Assembly (NCBI GenBank): GCA_030390025.1
Contig: CM059432.1
Span: 44,270,001 to 44,334,000, forward strand
Length of the DNA stretch: 64,000 nt
Direction of reading: 5' to 3'
DNA from: Squalus acanthias
Lineage: Eukaryota
The translations under genes were made by a program, and so were the position numbers. Below, piece by piece: positions 51,030-62,979 of this stretch. Numbering within the stretch: position 1 is the first letter of the stretch; every line of letters starts with the position of its first letter. Under the pieces are notes generated by a model that saw only the letters and a program-made list of their open reading frames with translations, had not been told where the DNA came from and did no database searches.

Positions 51030-52346
51030 CTTATTTAGTATAGTTGGTCTTTATTGTTACAGACTTTAATTTGTAAATATTGCAAACACATTTCTGTATG
51101 AATCTTAAGGATTCTAATTTGTCAAAATCCATTATGGTTTAGATTTGTTCTTATAACAGATTTGACTAACTTGCTTGTGATATCAATGCTTGCATATCCT
51201 TATGTCAGTTTCCTTTTTGGTAAAAAGAAGTTATTTTTTCATCACAGAATAATTTTAATAAACCACAGTTAGCTAACAAAGCTACTGAGTACATTGGGAA
51301 GAACACAGACATGCCCAAGAAATCAAACATTTTTAAATATAATTTTTTGTGATTTCCTCCACAAATATCTATCAACTACAGCAATGAGGGTAATTTGTTT
51401 TCAATGAAATCAACTTGGAACAGTTTACAACACAGCTTTTAAAGTGCTCACTATAGATACACATAAATTAGCAATTACCTTAGTTTAAATTTTTGCTTAA
51501 CAAAGCTAAAGGGTCTAAAACTGATAATATATGATTCATTATTTATACCACACAAGCCACTGCTGAAGCCAGTTTAAATTGAGATACTAGTAGAATATCC
51601 TCAAGTCAGACCTAGGAGAATGAAATACTTGCCTGGACTTCCCATGGGTGTTCTGATCTACTGCAGTAGCTGGCTGCTAGTTTTAGCTTTTACGCCGTTT
51701 CTCCAGAGGCTCCACCAACTTCTGCCAAAGTTATGGCAGTAGATCAGGAGAAATCCATTAAAATTTATCTTTTTTTTGGTATGGACTAGCACAAGTATGA
51801 TGTCAACATAAAACACTCTTTAAATATGTCTACTCACTTTACACTGCTGAAACTTTACATTTAAATACATTTTGTCCTTCCAACAGTTATCCTAATAGAT
51901 CCTATCAGGTGGCCTAAGGGTCAACATGTTGGAACTTAATCATGTAATGTTAAAGGAGATTTGTTGGACCTACTTCCTCAACATTGAATAACAAGAAACA
52001 AATTATCCCATTTTCATAATTTCCTTAAAAATGTGCTCATCTGAAGTTGTGTGGTACAAATAGAATACATAACTGAATTACTGTATTACAAAAACTAAAT
52101 CACTGTTACAGAATATATAACACTAATACATCTGGCCTGCTTGTGAATGATACAGTTGCCTATTTGCCTATTAGTCAATGATTTATTGACTAGAACACAT
52201 TACTTCTAACATTTATAAAATGTTTGGATTACATAATCATTTTAATGTAGTTTGTTCTCAATATAGTAATACAAGTTCAGCCATTTCTATAGATGTTTCA
52301 CAACTTCATTCTACACACACTTTCTGCGACAGTAGAGGGCAATTTT
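51030..52346 (-). other. NECAB1: Probable NECAB1 3' UTR
   Basis: AT-rich unique sequence downstream of the stop; minus-strand AATAAA at 52182-52187 and 51050-51055. True end unknown. Confidence 0.55.
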
Positions 52347-52375
52347 TCAGTTATTATTCAGAACCCACCATGAAG
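52347..52375 (-). CDS. NECAB1: NECAB1 last coding exon: (A)SWWVLNNN*
   Basis: Acceptor ttctttcacag; phase 1 completes Ala; matches the NECAB1 C-terminus PASWWILNN; TGA at 52347-52349. Confidence 0.93.
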
Positions 52376-53712
52376 CTGTGAAAGAAATAGAGAAAACATT
52401 CACTGAGTGACATTATTGGAATTCTCAAATATGTAAAACATATGCATCATGACTCATTTAAATATGTTAAATGCATGTATATATGAGTACCACATTACCC
52501 CACTTGTGCATTTACCTTACCATAGTTACAATTGACTTAAGTACGTCTATTAAATCAAATATTCAAATGGAGACTGGTGTGACATATAATAACTTAATTT
52601 GCATTTACTGTAAAAATTTTAGCAGACTCAGTTGGTGCACCACTATACTATACCATCAAAACAAGTTTGCTGCTAAAATCAACATCTTGGATCTATGCTT
52701 ACAAATGTTTATAAAAAGTTAGATGTCCAAAACAATAGAAGTTTTGCTCGTTAATGGAGCAGAAATCCAGTGGATATAGTATGGTGAGGTGGAAATCAGG
52801 GTGAACCCATATCCCCTGGGTTTCTGCTTCTACGCCAAGAACATCCAACCAGGGGAGTGGGAAGGGAAATGTTATTCTGCTGGCCGCCCTGTGATTCTGA
52901 TGTCACTTTTGGATTGATTGCTACTCAAATATGTGGCCACCTGCATCAGAAAATGCCAGAGGATTCCTTCAAATCTCCTGCCAGACCAGCCTGTGCCTCC
53001 ATCAATAGGATGGCAAGTTGCCTTTCTGAAATCTCTCCAGGTTCACAGGGTGGGTGTCCCAGTTGTGCTGCTCCAGACGTGGATGCCTGTGATTATGTGA
53101 TTAAACAGATATTTAATCTGTTTCTCCAGTGCTTCTGGCGACCATCTGCCAAAGTTACAGCGGATGATCAGGAGAATGCCCTCTCCTACCACCACCACCT
53201 TCTAAAATTCCAGGTACATGTGTGCAAAAATTCTTGGAACTTTCCCTTTGTTCTTCTCGTAATAATCTTGAATCAATACCTCCTTGTTACCAATTTGCCA
53301 ATCAGTGGTAACAATCTTTTATTATTTGTTCTCTAAAACCTTCCATAATTGTGAAAACCTTCAGTAGATTACCTCTTAACCTTCTCTGTTCCAATGAAAA
53401 AAGCCCACATTTTTGCTAGCCTTTCTTTATAACTATAACCTCAGATTCCTGGTATTATTTTGGTGACTCCTCACTGTACCCTTTCCATGGCTCTAATAGC
53501 CTTCCTATAATAGGATGCCCAGAATTACATACATATAATACAACAACTGTGGGCTAACCAATGTCTTGTACAAATTTTTGCTTCATCCCCCCCATTACAA
53601 TTTTCATCAGGAAGGAGAAAAACTACCAGAAAGCAGCTTCTTACACATGATAGAAGGTAATATCAATCGGATTGGTAATGAGCAATGTGAAGTTTTAAAA
53701 TTTGCATCTTAC

Positions 53713-53804
53713 CAGGTACAAGCATTGTTGTTATTAGCTCTGGAGTGTCCAAGAAATCCACATTGCTTCTCTGAAAGGTCTTGCTATAATTAGTCTGGAT
53801 GTGG
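53713..53804 (-). CDS. NECAB1: NECAB1 exon: (N)HIQTNYSKTFQRSNVDFLDTPELITTMLVP
   Basis: 92 bp, cacag acceptor and gtaaga donor; nearly identical to recalled NECAB1 HLQTNYSKTFQRSNVDFLETPEL; phases match neighbouring exons. Confidence 0.96.
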
Positions 53805-55647
53805 CTGTGTGGTGATTGACATATAAATCAGAGAAATATCAATAATCAATCATCCACACTTCATGATTACTGCACAAAAATTTCATTTTACACAGGTAGC
53901 ATGAACAAACAATAACACCTGAAATTGTTAGATATGCAAGTATGGCCAATCTATATTTCATAATTTTATAAAAAGACATTGATAGAGGGAACGGGGAAAC
54001 TACAGAACCTATTTATAATTTGCCTCATTTAAAAAAGGAAATACAAAATGCTCCACCTGAATATTATTTGAAAGAACTGAATATCTCCTACCTGTTGATC
54101 AATATTTTAGTTTTACCTGAGGTAAATGTGATGACGGGGGTTCTTGGATGGTTAGCAGTTTGGGAAGTGGGGAAATAACTGCTCCTCCTGGCCCCACAAA
54201 GAAAAGAAATGAACTTACTGAAGGGGCCTCTTCTCCTGCTGATCCTTCTCCCGCTTGCTGCAGCATTTTAGGTAAGCTGCTGCTTTCTTGCACAGGCCAA
54301 CATTAAAATGACAATGGGGTCCCTATCTGCATATTTCAAGAAAGACCCCACTGGATTTGGGACCAGATCTGCATATTTCAAAGAGGACCCCGTCGGCTTC
54401 GAATGGAAGTCCTTGGCTGCTACAATTTAAATTGCAGTCTGCTGGAGGTCAGCGGGTAAGTCTCCTACTCCATTTTAACTGGCCCCCGCTAGGTTTCTGC
54501 CGGGGGAGGGGATGGGTGGAGTTCAAAGTTCTGATACATAACATATGCTACAAGGTTGTTTAGATGCCATGATGGCTACAAGTGTGCTCTCAATGCAGCC
54601 CTGCATTTTAAGGAGTTCTAACACCTGGTAAAAGTGCTGTTCCCTCTCATGCTGTTGCCTCCTTTCCATGAGGAAACTGACAAAAATGTTGCCCCTGGAA
54701 AATAAAGCTTCTGTGAACTGTTAGGATCCACTGGCTTAAACATTTAATTGTTTGAAGACTTTCACAACCAGGATGGCTGTCCAAATGTGAAATCTTGTTG
54801 GCAAGTAAAATTCCAGTAGGTGGCATAACCTTGCCACAGGCTCCCTTGTGAAACAGAAACAGCAAAGGCGGGTCTTCTCAAATATGGCCAAGTAGGTGTG
54901 CTATGGTCTGAAAACATTCCTGGGACAAATCCAACTGGACAGCAGACCCCTGAGGTGCAAGCACACCTGCTTTTCTTCCCTCTACCCGAACTCCTGTCTC
55001 TCCTCCTAACCTATGACAGCCATTAGCAAGACCCAATGGAATGCCCATACTCAACAGTGTGGTTAGAGCTGAGGTTGACAGCTGATGGCATTTACAGTGC
55101 TGTAGATAGAAGTCTGTGCAAATCCTAAGTACTATGTACCAAGACTCCAGGATAGGGGGATATGAGTACAAACTGGTAAAAGGCATGCTCAGAACTTATG
55201 TCAGGAAGCACTTCACAGAAAAAGTAACTAATATCTGGATTGGCCTTCCACATTGGATAGTGAAGGCAAAAACTCAGGAGTCATTCAAGAGGAGTTTGGA
55301 TGTTATGAGATTGTGAGGTTCTATGGAGGAATAAGCTAGGTGTGCTGAATAGGCCTACCTCAGCTGCACTAACCTGTGTGATCTTTACAATACTACACTT
55401 TTTTTTACTTCTTTAAATTTTAGAACCAGGGTTGTCCCAACTAAAGCCAAGTTTCGATCAAAGCTCCACTCCCGAGCATACTAACTTAAACTCATGCATA
55501 AAACTCTATTTATGTTCAGTGCTGGTTCAATTGGTGACGATTATTGCAGATATGCTCAGCCTGAGACCTGCTCAGGCATACATATTGGCTAGGAAATTCC
55601 GCTGCCAGCATTACTTTGGGGGAAATGCGGCGGAAATCCCGTTTACA

Positions 55648-57505
55648 AGAACAACAACTTGCATTTATATAGCGCCTTTAATGCAGTAAAATGTCCCAAG
55701 GCGCTTCACAGGAGCGTTATCAAACAGAATTGGACACCAAGCCACATAAGGACATATTAGGACAGATTGGTCAAAGAGATAGGTTTTAAGGAGCGTTTTA
55801 AAGGAGGAGAGGGAGGCGGAGAGGTTTAGGGAGGGAATTTCATAGCTTGGGGCCTAGGCAGCTGAAGGCACAACTGCCAATGGTGGAGCGATTAAAATCA
55901 GGGAAGCGCAAGAGATCTCAAGAGTTGTAGATTTGGAAGAGGTTTCAGAGATAGGGAGGGGCAAGGCCATGGAGGGATTTGAAAACAAAGGTGAGAATTT
56001 TAAAATTGAGCTGTTGGTGGACCAGGAGCCACTGTAGGTCAGCGAGCACAGGGGTGATGGGTGAACAGAACTTGGTGTGGGCAGCAGAGTTTTGGATGAG
56101 ATCAAGATAATGGAGGGTGGAAGGCGGGAGGCCGGCCAGGAGAGCATTGGAATAGTCAAATCTAGAGGTAACAAAGGTGCCACACAAGAGGTTGTTACAC
56201 AAGGTTAGGGCTCATGGGATTTGGGGTACTATATTAGCATGGATTAAGGCTTGTTTAACAGACAGAAAGCAGAGAGTAGGAATAAACGGTTCATTTTCAG
56301 GAGGGCAGGGTGTAACTAGTGGAGTGCCGCAAGGATCTGTGCTTGAGCCCCAGCTATTTACAATCTATATCAATGACTTTGATGAATGGCCCGAGTGTAA
56401 TGTATCCAAGTTTGCTGACTATACAAAGCTAGGTGGGAAAGTAAGCTATGAGTAGGACGCAAAGAGGCTGCAAAGGGATATGGACCGGTTAAGTGATTGG
56501 GCAAGAAGGAAGGTAGCAGATGGAGTATAATGTAGGGAAGTGTGAAATTATCCACTATGGTAGGAAGAATGGAAAAGCAGAATATTTTAAAAAATTTAGT
56601 AAATGCTGGTATTCAGAGGAATTTGGGTGTCCTTGCACACGAATCACAGAAAGTTAACATGCAGCAATTAGGAAGACAAATGGTATGTCAGCCTTTATTG
56701 CAAGGAGATTGGAGTATAAGAGTAAGGAAGTCTTGTTGCAATTATATAGGGCTTTGGTGAGACCACACCTGGAGTACTGTGTACAATTTTGGTCTCCTTA
56801 CCTAAGGAAGGATATACTTGCCTTGGAGAGAGTGCAACAAAGGTTCACTAGATTGATTCCTGGGATGACAGGGCTGTCCTATGAGGACAGATTGAGTATA
56901 ATGGGCCTATATTCTCTGGGGTTTAGAAGAATGAAGGGTGCTCTCATTAAAACGTATAACATTTTTAGAAGGCTTGACAGAGTAGATGCTGAGAGGCTGT
57001 TTCCCCTGGAACTAGAGTCTAGCACTAGGGGTCATAGTCTCAGTATAAGGGGTCAGCCAATTGGAACTGAGATGAGAAATTTCTTCACTCAGAGGGTTGT
57101 GAATCTTTGGAATTCTCTACCCCAGAAGGCTGTGGATGCTCAGTCAATGAGTATATTCAAGACAGAGATTGATAGATTTCCAGGCACTAAGGGAATCAAG
57201 GGATATGGGGATAGGGCAGGAAAGTGGAGTTGATGTAGAAGTTCAGCCATGATCTTATTGAATGGTGGAGCAGGCTCGATGGTCCGAATGCCCTACTCCT
57301 GCTCCTATTTCTTATGTTCTTAAAGGCTTGGATGAGGGTTTCAGCAGCAGATGAACTGAGGCAGGGGTGGATTTGGGCGATGTTACAGAGATGGAAGTAG
57401 GCGATCTTGGTGATGGAGCGGATATGTGGTCTGAAGCTCATCTTGGGGTCAAATATGACACCAAGATTGCAAACGGTTTGGTTCAGCCTCAGGGAGACAG
57501 GGAGA
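55648..57505 (-). mobile_element. L2 LINE 3' part nested in the MITE
   Basis: ORFs 55945-56202 (FVTSRFDYSNALLAGLP) and 57196-57441 (HIRSITKIAYFHLCNIA); TSD GTTTACA (55641-55647, 57506-57512). Confidence 0.9.
56178..57321 (+). mobile_element. 5'-truncated CR1 nested in L2
   Basis: ORFs 56177-56455 and 56685-57233; TSD AAAGG (56173-56177, 57322-57326). Confidence 0.93.
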
Positions 57506-57835
57506 GTTTACATGCATAAGCAGGAGTTTCACCACAGTTCCAGCAAAGTAACGATGGCAGTACGGGAACAGCTCCAAGGAAATTCCCAGCCATTGTATTT
57601 CATTGGCATCACCATGATACACACCCTTTTAAATATCCTTTCCCTTTATATCTGTAAGAATATATAAGATTTATTGGTTTGTAGAAAAATATAGCAAGTG
57701 GGTTGGAACTATGTTACTCACTTGCCCCAACTACTAAGCAGTGCAGCTGATGTCACTGAATTGTATATTTTAGCTATTCCACCAAGTTTTATTATTCATC
57801 CAGTGCATCTCTAACCAGACTGTCAAACGACTTAC

Positions 57836-57913
57836 TTTTTCCAGAGATTGGTGTTTTCCCAGAATTCGTAAAGTATAAAGCGGGATTCAGTTGAAAGTTT
57901 CTGCACAGAGACA
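57836..57913 (-). CDS. NECAB1: NECAB1 exon: (H)VSVQKLSTESRFILYEFWENTNLWK
   Basis: 78 bp, tttcatag acceptor and gtaagt donor; ABM-domain YEFWE motif; phase 2/2. Confidence 0.96.
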
Positions 57914-58122
57914 CTATGAAATAAAACAATGATTCCCAATTAATAAAAGCATGCTATATAAAATAGTAATTAATAAGAACATTATAAATCTATTACTGAC
58001 GCATAGTTCATGTTAACATTGATATAGAGCACAGTTACAGTCTACATCTGAATATGAAGGTTATTCAAGTATAGTTTTGTGGCTAGAAGGAATTTATTGT
58101 ATGTTTTAAACAAGCTTTCACC

Positions 58123-58577
58123 GTGTCAGCCATGGCTCAGTGGGTAGCACTCTCGCCTCTGAGTCAGAAGGTTGTGGGTTCAGGACCCACTCCAGAGACT
58201 TGAGCACAAAAAGTTAGGCTGACAATGAGGGAGTGCTGCACTGTCGGAGGTGCTGTCTTTTGGATGAGACGTTAAACCGAGGTCCCGTCTGCGCTCTCAG
58301 GTGGATGTAAAAGATCCCATGGCACTACTTCAAAGAAGAGCAGGGGAGTTATCCGTGGTGTCCTAGCCAATATTTATCCCTCAACGAACATCGCTTAAAA
58401 AAAGGTTATCTGGTCATTATCACATTGTTGTTTCTGGGAGCTGGCTGTGCTCAAATTGGCTGTCGTGTTTCCTACATTACTACAGTGACTACACTTCAAA
58501 AGTACTTCCGTGGCTGTAAAGCGCTTTAGGACGTCCTGAGGTCATGAAGGGTGCTATATAAATGCAAGTCTTTCTTT
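58123..58577 (+). mobile_element. Full-length tRNA-derived DeuSINE (SacSINE1-like)
   Basis: Pol III A box tggctcagtgg and B box ggttcaggacc, Deu-domain-like core gatgagacgttaaaccgaggtcccgtctg...gtaaaagatcccatggcact, L2-like tail gctatataaatgcaag. Confidence 0.88.
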
Positions 58578-59275
58578 AACAAAATATGAGTATGTATCCT
58601 AAAATGCAATTGCAAAGGCAATAGCTGATTCATATGTGATTGCTTTGCCAGCCAGGAGTCTTGTTATTACAAGATAACAATTTCATTAAAATTAAGTAAT
58701 CTTATTTATTTTTCAGACAAAAAAACATGCACTACTGTTACACATGAAAAGAGTTTGTTTAATAGAAAAATATGCACATTACTGGTGGAAATATACCTGA
58801 TACAGTATTAGCTAATGGAAAACACAGATTTCAAATCAAATATAGGTGATCAATTTTGTAAGCTGATTACAGCCAAATTACCGCATTAATTAATTCCTGT
58901 TTGTGATTTAAAAAATGTAACAATTTTGTTGGCTTCAACTTAGCAGAAATGTCCTCCAGGGTAGACGTCCAGTCGTTTGAGGCAAAATGTGAGCTGTGCC
59001 TGTAGATTCAGTATCATCATAAATATTGGTGATACAAGGGGTCGTTTTTTATGAATGTGTGCTCCCAGTGCAGAGCACATGCCAGGAAATGACAAATATG
59101 TACCCAAAATGTTCCAACCACTCATTTTAATAGATGGGCAATCATGGGACATGTGCCCACGACTTTCCAAAATGTGCTTCTGTTGGGCATGGCTTCTCAC
59201 CAAGATTGCAATTTTGTAAAATTGATCCTTAAAAGTGAAGAAATCCCCACTGTCACCAGGAGTGTCTCAAACTCT

Positions 59276-60087
59276 GAAATAAAAACAGAAAATGCTGGAA
59301 ATACTCAGCAGGTCAGGCAGCATCTGTGGAGAGAGAAACAGAGTTAACGTTTCAGGTTGATGACCTTTTGTCAGAACTGGAAAAAGTTAGAGATGGAACA
59401 GATTTTTAAGCAAGTGCAGAGCCAGGGAAAGGGGGGAGGGGAGGAAAGAACAAAAGGGAAGGTCTGTGATAGGGTGGAAAGCAGGAGTGATTAAATGACA
59501 AAAGGCATGATTGTACAAAGCAAAAGGAGATGGTAATGGGACAAGTAAATAAACAAAAGATGGGTATAGAAGTGGTGTAAATGGGAATGGCAGAATCATC
59601 AACAGCTGCCATCTGAAAAAATAGGGGCAGAGGTTATGGTCTGAAATTGTTGAACTTGAAGTTGAGTCAAGAAGGTTGTAAAGTGCCTAATCGAAAGATG
59701 AGGTGCTGTTCCTCAAGCTTATGTTGAGCTTCATTGGAACAGTGTAATAGGCCAAGGACAGAGAGGTCAGAGTGGGAGTGGAGCGGAGAATTAAAGTGAC
59801 AGGTGACCGGAAGCTCGGCGTCATGCTTACGGACTGAATGGAGGTGTTCCGCAAAACGGTCACCCAATCTGCGTTTGGTCTCTCCAATGTAGAGGAGACC
59901 ACATCGTGAGCAACGAATACAGTATATTATATTGCAGGAAGTACAAGTAAATCGCTGTTTCACCTGGAAGGAGTGTTTGGGACCCTGGATGGTGGGAAGG
60001 GAGGAGGTAAAAGGACAGGAGTTGCATCTTCTGCGCTTGCACGGGAAGGTGCCGTGGGAAGGGGAGGGGGTGTTGGGGGTGATTGAG
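59276..60087 (-). mobile_element. 5'-truncated Penelope-like element (GIY-YIG endonuclease plus terminal repeat)
   Basis: GTFPCKRRRCNSC linker, then ORF 59667-59963 IIYCIRCSRCGLLYIGETKRRLGDRFAEH; imperfect 14-bp TSD GTGTC(T/C)CAAAC(T/A)CT. Confidence 0.92.
59342..59378 (-). ncRNA. Minimal type I hammerhead ribozyme, degenerate
   Basis: Minus strand reads agtt CTGACAA a aggt catca acct GAAAC GTT aact: stem I agtt/aact, stem II aggt/acct, core CUGAnGA with G8 changed to A. Confidence 0.7.
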
Positions 60088-60719
60088 GTGTCCCAAACAC
60101 TCCTGCTCTTCCATATTTGGGTAGTAATGTGGTTTACATTTTAAAATTTTTGAGACAACCCATTCAAAAAGCAGACTCTCTGGTCCAAAACGAGATAAGT
60201 GGCAATCATCAACGCATTTCTAAAAGAGATTTTAAACAACTTTATTTGTACTCTAAAATTTCTTCAGTTGTTTACATAAGAGGTGCTGCCACCTTTTGCA
60301 TAATCCAAAACTGGCGTGGCGTGCACTTTAAAAAAAAAAACATCTGTAGTTGAAATGTGTCCAGTCAAACATGTACAGCATTTTATTAAAATATAACAAT
60401 TGTAAACTAAGCTGCTGCTGTCCGGTTTCTCTTTATTAAAATCACTTGTGGTAAGAGGCATCCTGAAACTAGCTCAAAACCAGATGTACGTCCACCGTAA
60501 GGTAAGTGACAGCAAAACTGTTTCATTTACAAAACTGTTTGTAAATATAGCAGCCACATTTCTTATTGCCTCTTTATCTCGACTACTGTTGTTAGAAATG
60601 GCTGCACTATAAATGGAGTACTTTTAAAAGAGGGGGAAGGATACAGTTCAATAAAAACCCTGTAGTAGACTTTATTACGGTACTGCAAAGATAAATTTCA
60701 CAAAGATCTTCATACTTAC

Positions 60720-60832
60720 TGTAAATATCCTGTTTGTGCAGTTGCAGATACCACATACTGCTTCAAAGCTAGACGGAATTCCTCTAGTTCCTCTTCCAGT
60801 ATAGACATCTGCCGCTGAACAATAAGAATGTG
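60720..60832 (-). CDS. NECAB1: NECAB1 exon: HILIVQRQMSILEEELEEFRLALKQYVVSATAQTGYL
   Basis: 113 bp, tttcacag acceptor and gtaagt donor; start of the ABM-like domain; closer to NECAB1 (HIMLVQRQMSVIEEDLEEFQLALKHYV) than to NECAB2/3. Upstream exons not seen in the window. Confidence 0.95.
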
Positions 60833-61306
60833 CTGTGAAAAAATAATCATTTGCAGATTAAGAAATATTGCTTAATATTCTTAAAAGCATTGTTGTTGAT
60901 TGATTGCAAATCTACTCATTGCTTGTTATTCAATAGTCTTTGCCAGAGTATGACTACTTACCTATGCTTTCTTCAGAAACACATTCGTTGTAACAGGTTT
61001 ATACCTATATATTAACATTTAACTCTCATCACACAGTTGTTGTGAGATCCTATGGTTAGGTTTGGCTTTGGTTGGGTGAGGTGAGAATTTTTAGTTCTGG
61101 GACATGAGACAGAATATTGATTGGAGGTGAGGTATTCCATCTCAAAAAGGAAATAATCTGATATAGACTAGTTCACTTTGCTTGGATCCACTTCCTGCTG
61201 TGGTATAGGGTATGTGGTAATGATTGTCATTACCAAGGAGTAAAAATCTAACCAGCATTGGTATAAAAGATATTAAACATTCTTTTTATTTGGAGTGAAC
61301 CTTCTG

Positions 61307-61748
61307 GGGGAGAAATTTACAGTTGGCATTTGAAAATCAGGGGAACACCTCTGCCTCCCCATTGACACCCAAGGCCCACCTGAGTAATTTTCAGGCGGGC
61401 CTATAAATGGACGAGCAGCCTGCCTACCTGAAACCGGCATAAGGCTGTGTAAATATGCAAATTGTGGACCTATGCTGGTTGTAGGACCCTGATTGCAAAA
61501 TTCAGGTGTAAATGGGTGTACACCGTGCACGATCCAGCTAGTTGTACCAGAGGAAGGAGCTGAAAAATGGTAAGCTTCCATGATTGGTTTCCCCTCTCGG
61601 AGTCAGCGAGCTGCAGCGGGATGCCCCGTACGGTACTCGCCACTCGCTGGCAGTATTGGGTTCAGGTCTAATGTCCGCATGAATGGGTGGGTGGAGTGCT
61701 GCATCACTGATTTCGTGCCTGTTTTGGGTAGAAGTTGAATTTCTCCCC
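61307..61748. mobile_element. MITE
   Basis: TIR ggggagaaattt / gaatttctcccc; CpG-richer interior. Confidence 0.65.
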
Positions 61749-61954
61749 AACTGCATTTTAATGCCACCTCCCCACCTTTATAACATAACAAAAAGATAAC
61801 TGCTTCCACTAATGATAACTAATGAACAGCATTTATCACATTTATTGCTGGTCATTGCATATTCTTTACATATTTGAAGTATATCAGTAGTACCTTGTTT
61901 ATTTAAATAAGTGCTTCTAATATAGAGCTGGCTCAAGTGTTTCAAGCACCCCAT

Positions 61955-62355
61955 GCAAGACGACAGCAACATTTATATAGTGCCTTTAACGTAGAAAAAC
62001 ATCCCTTCATAAAGGCATAAATAAAAATGGACACTGAGTCAAAAAAGGAAAGATTAAACAGGTAGGTTTGGGTTTCAAGGAGGATCTTAAAGGAGGAGAG
62101 GGAGGTGGAAAAAACAGTAAGGTTTTGGGAGGGAATTCCAGATTCTGGTGATGCCTAAGTGGCCACCAATGGTGGGGTGAAGAGAGGGGGGATGCACAAT
62201 AGGCTGAAGTCAGAGCAATAAAGCATTTGGGGAGAATTGGGGCTTGAGGAGAGATAGCGGGAGCCAAGTCCGTGGGGAGATTTAAACACAAAGATACAAA
62301 TTTTAAATTTGTGGCATTGGGGGACCGGAGATCAACGAAGGTCACTTGAGGGCAG
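61955..62355 (-). mobile_element. L2 3' fragment
   Basis: Similar to 55648-56050 (catttatatagtgcctttaa, ttaaaggaggagagggagg). Confidence 0.75.
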
Positions 62356-62979
62356 GGGTGCTGAATGAGCTGACTGAGAGAATGGGTTGCTATTCTAGAG
62401 AGTCCAAGAAATGTGCCACTGAAGAAATTCAGAAATCTACATTTAAAATGGTGGCGTCTGGTGCATTTTCAAGTATGTTTATGGAAAATTATAATCTCAA
62501 TCTTTCACACATTCCCACTCTCCTCACACATCCTCAAGGGTCGATTTTAACCCTGCCCGTAAACTGGGTGGAAGAGTGCACTGCACTATACCTTTCCTCG
62601 TCCCTTGTCTTTGGGTTTCTCAAATAATGTTAGGCACTACAGCTGTCGATCATATCAGTGGTTCCCCGGCAACCATCTGTACAGTCTTCATTGCAGTTCA
62701 AGTAATTCACTATGGACTGTCATAGGATGAAGGAATCATGCAGCTGCCAGGATAGTAGGCATTCATAAGTAGAGTAGGTCATAGAACAGCTGTGCATTCA
62801 TGGAGTGGAAGCCCTTTCTGTTCTCGAATTAAGTGGCATTGCAGATAGGGGTGCATATGGCCACATGACTGCAGTCAATAATGTCCTGCACTCTGGGTAA
62901 ACCTGCAACATGGAGGACTTCTTCATGATGCTAACTGCTTTCCAAAGAGAAACTAATGAAATCATTGACCCTGAAAATC

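Larger units (their letters stand above)
55587..57591. mobile_element. Short MITE split by L2 and CR1 insertions
   Basis: TIR ggctaggaaattcc / ggaaattcccagcc with TSD ATT on both sides. Confidence 0.8.

Noticed and set aside
58123..58200. tRNA gene
   Set aside because: A and B boxes belong to a SINE head that continues into SINE core and tail; a second copy lies at 9328.
60420..60510. Antisense exon ending at a strong aag/gtaagt donor within the NECAB1 intron
   Set aside because: No clear acceptor or partner exons; a single donor motif is expected by chance.
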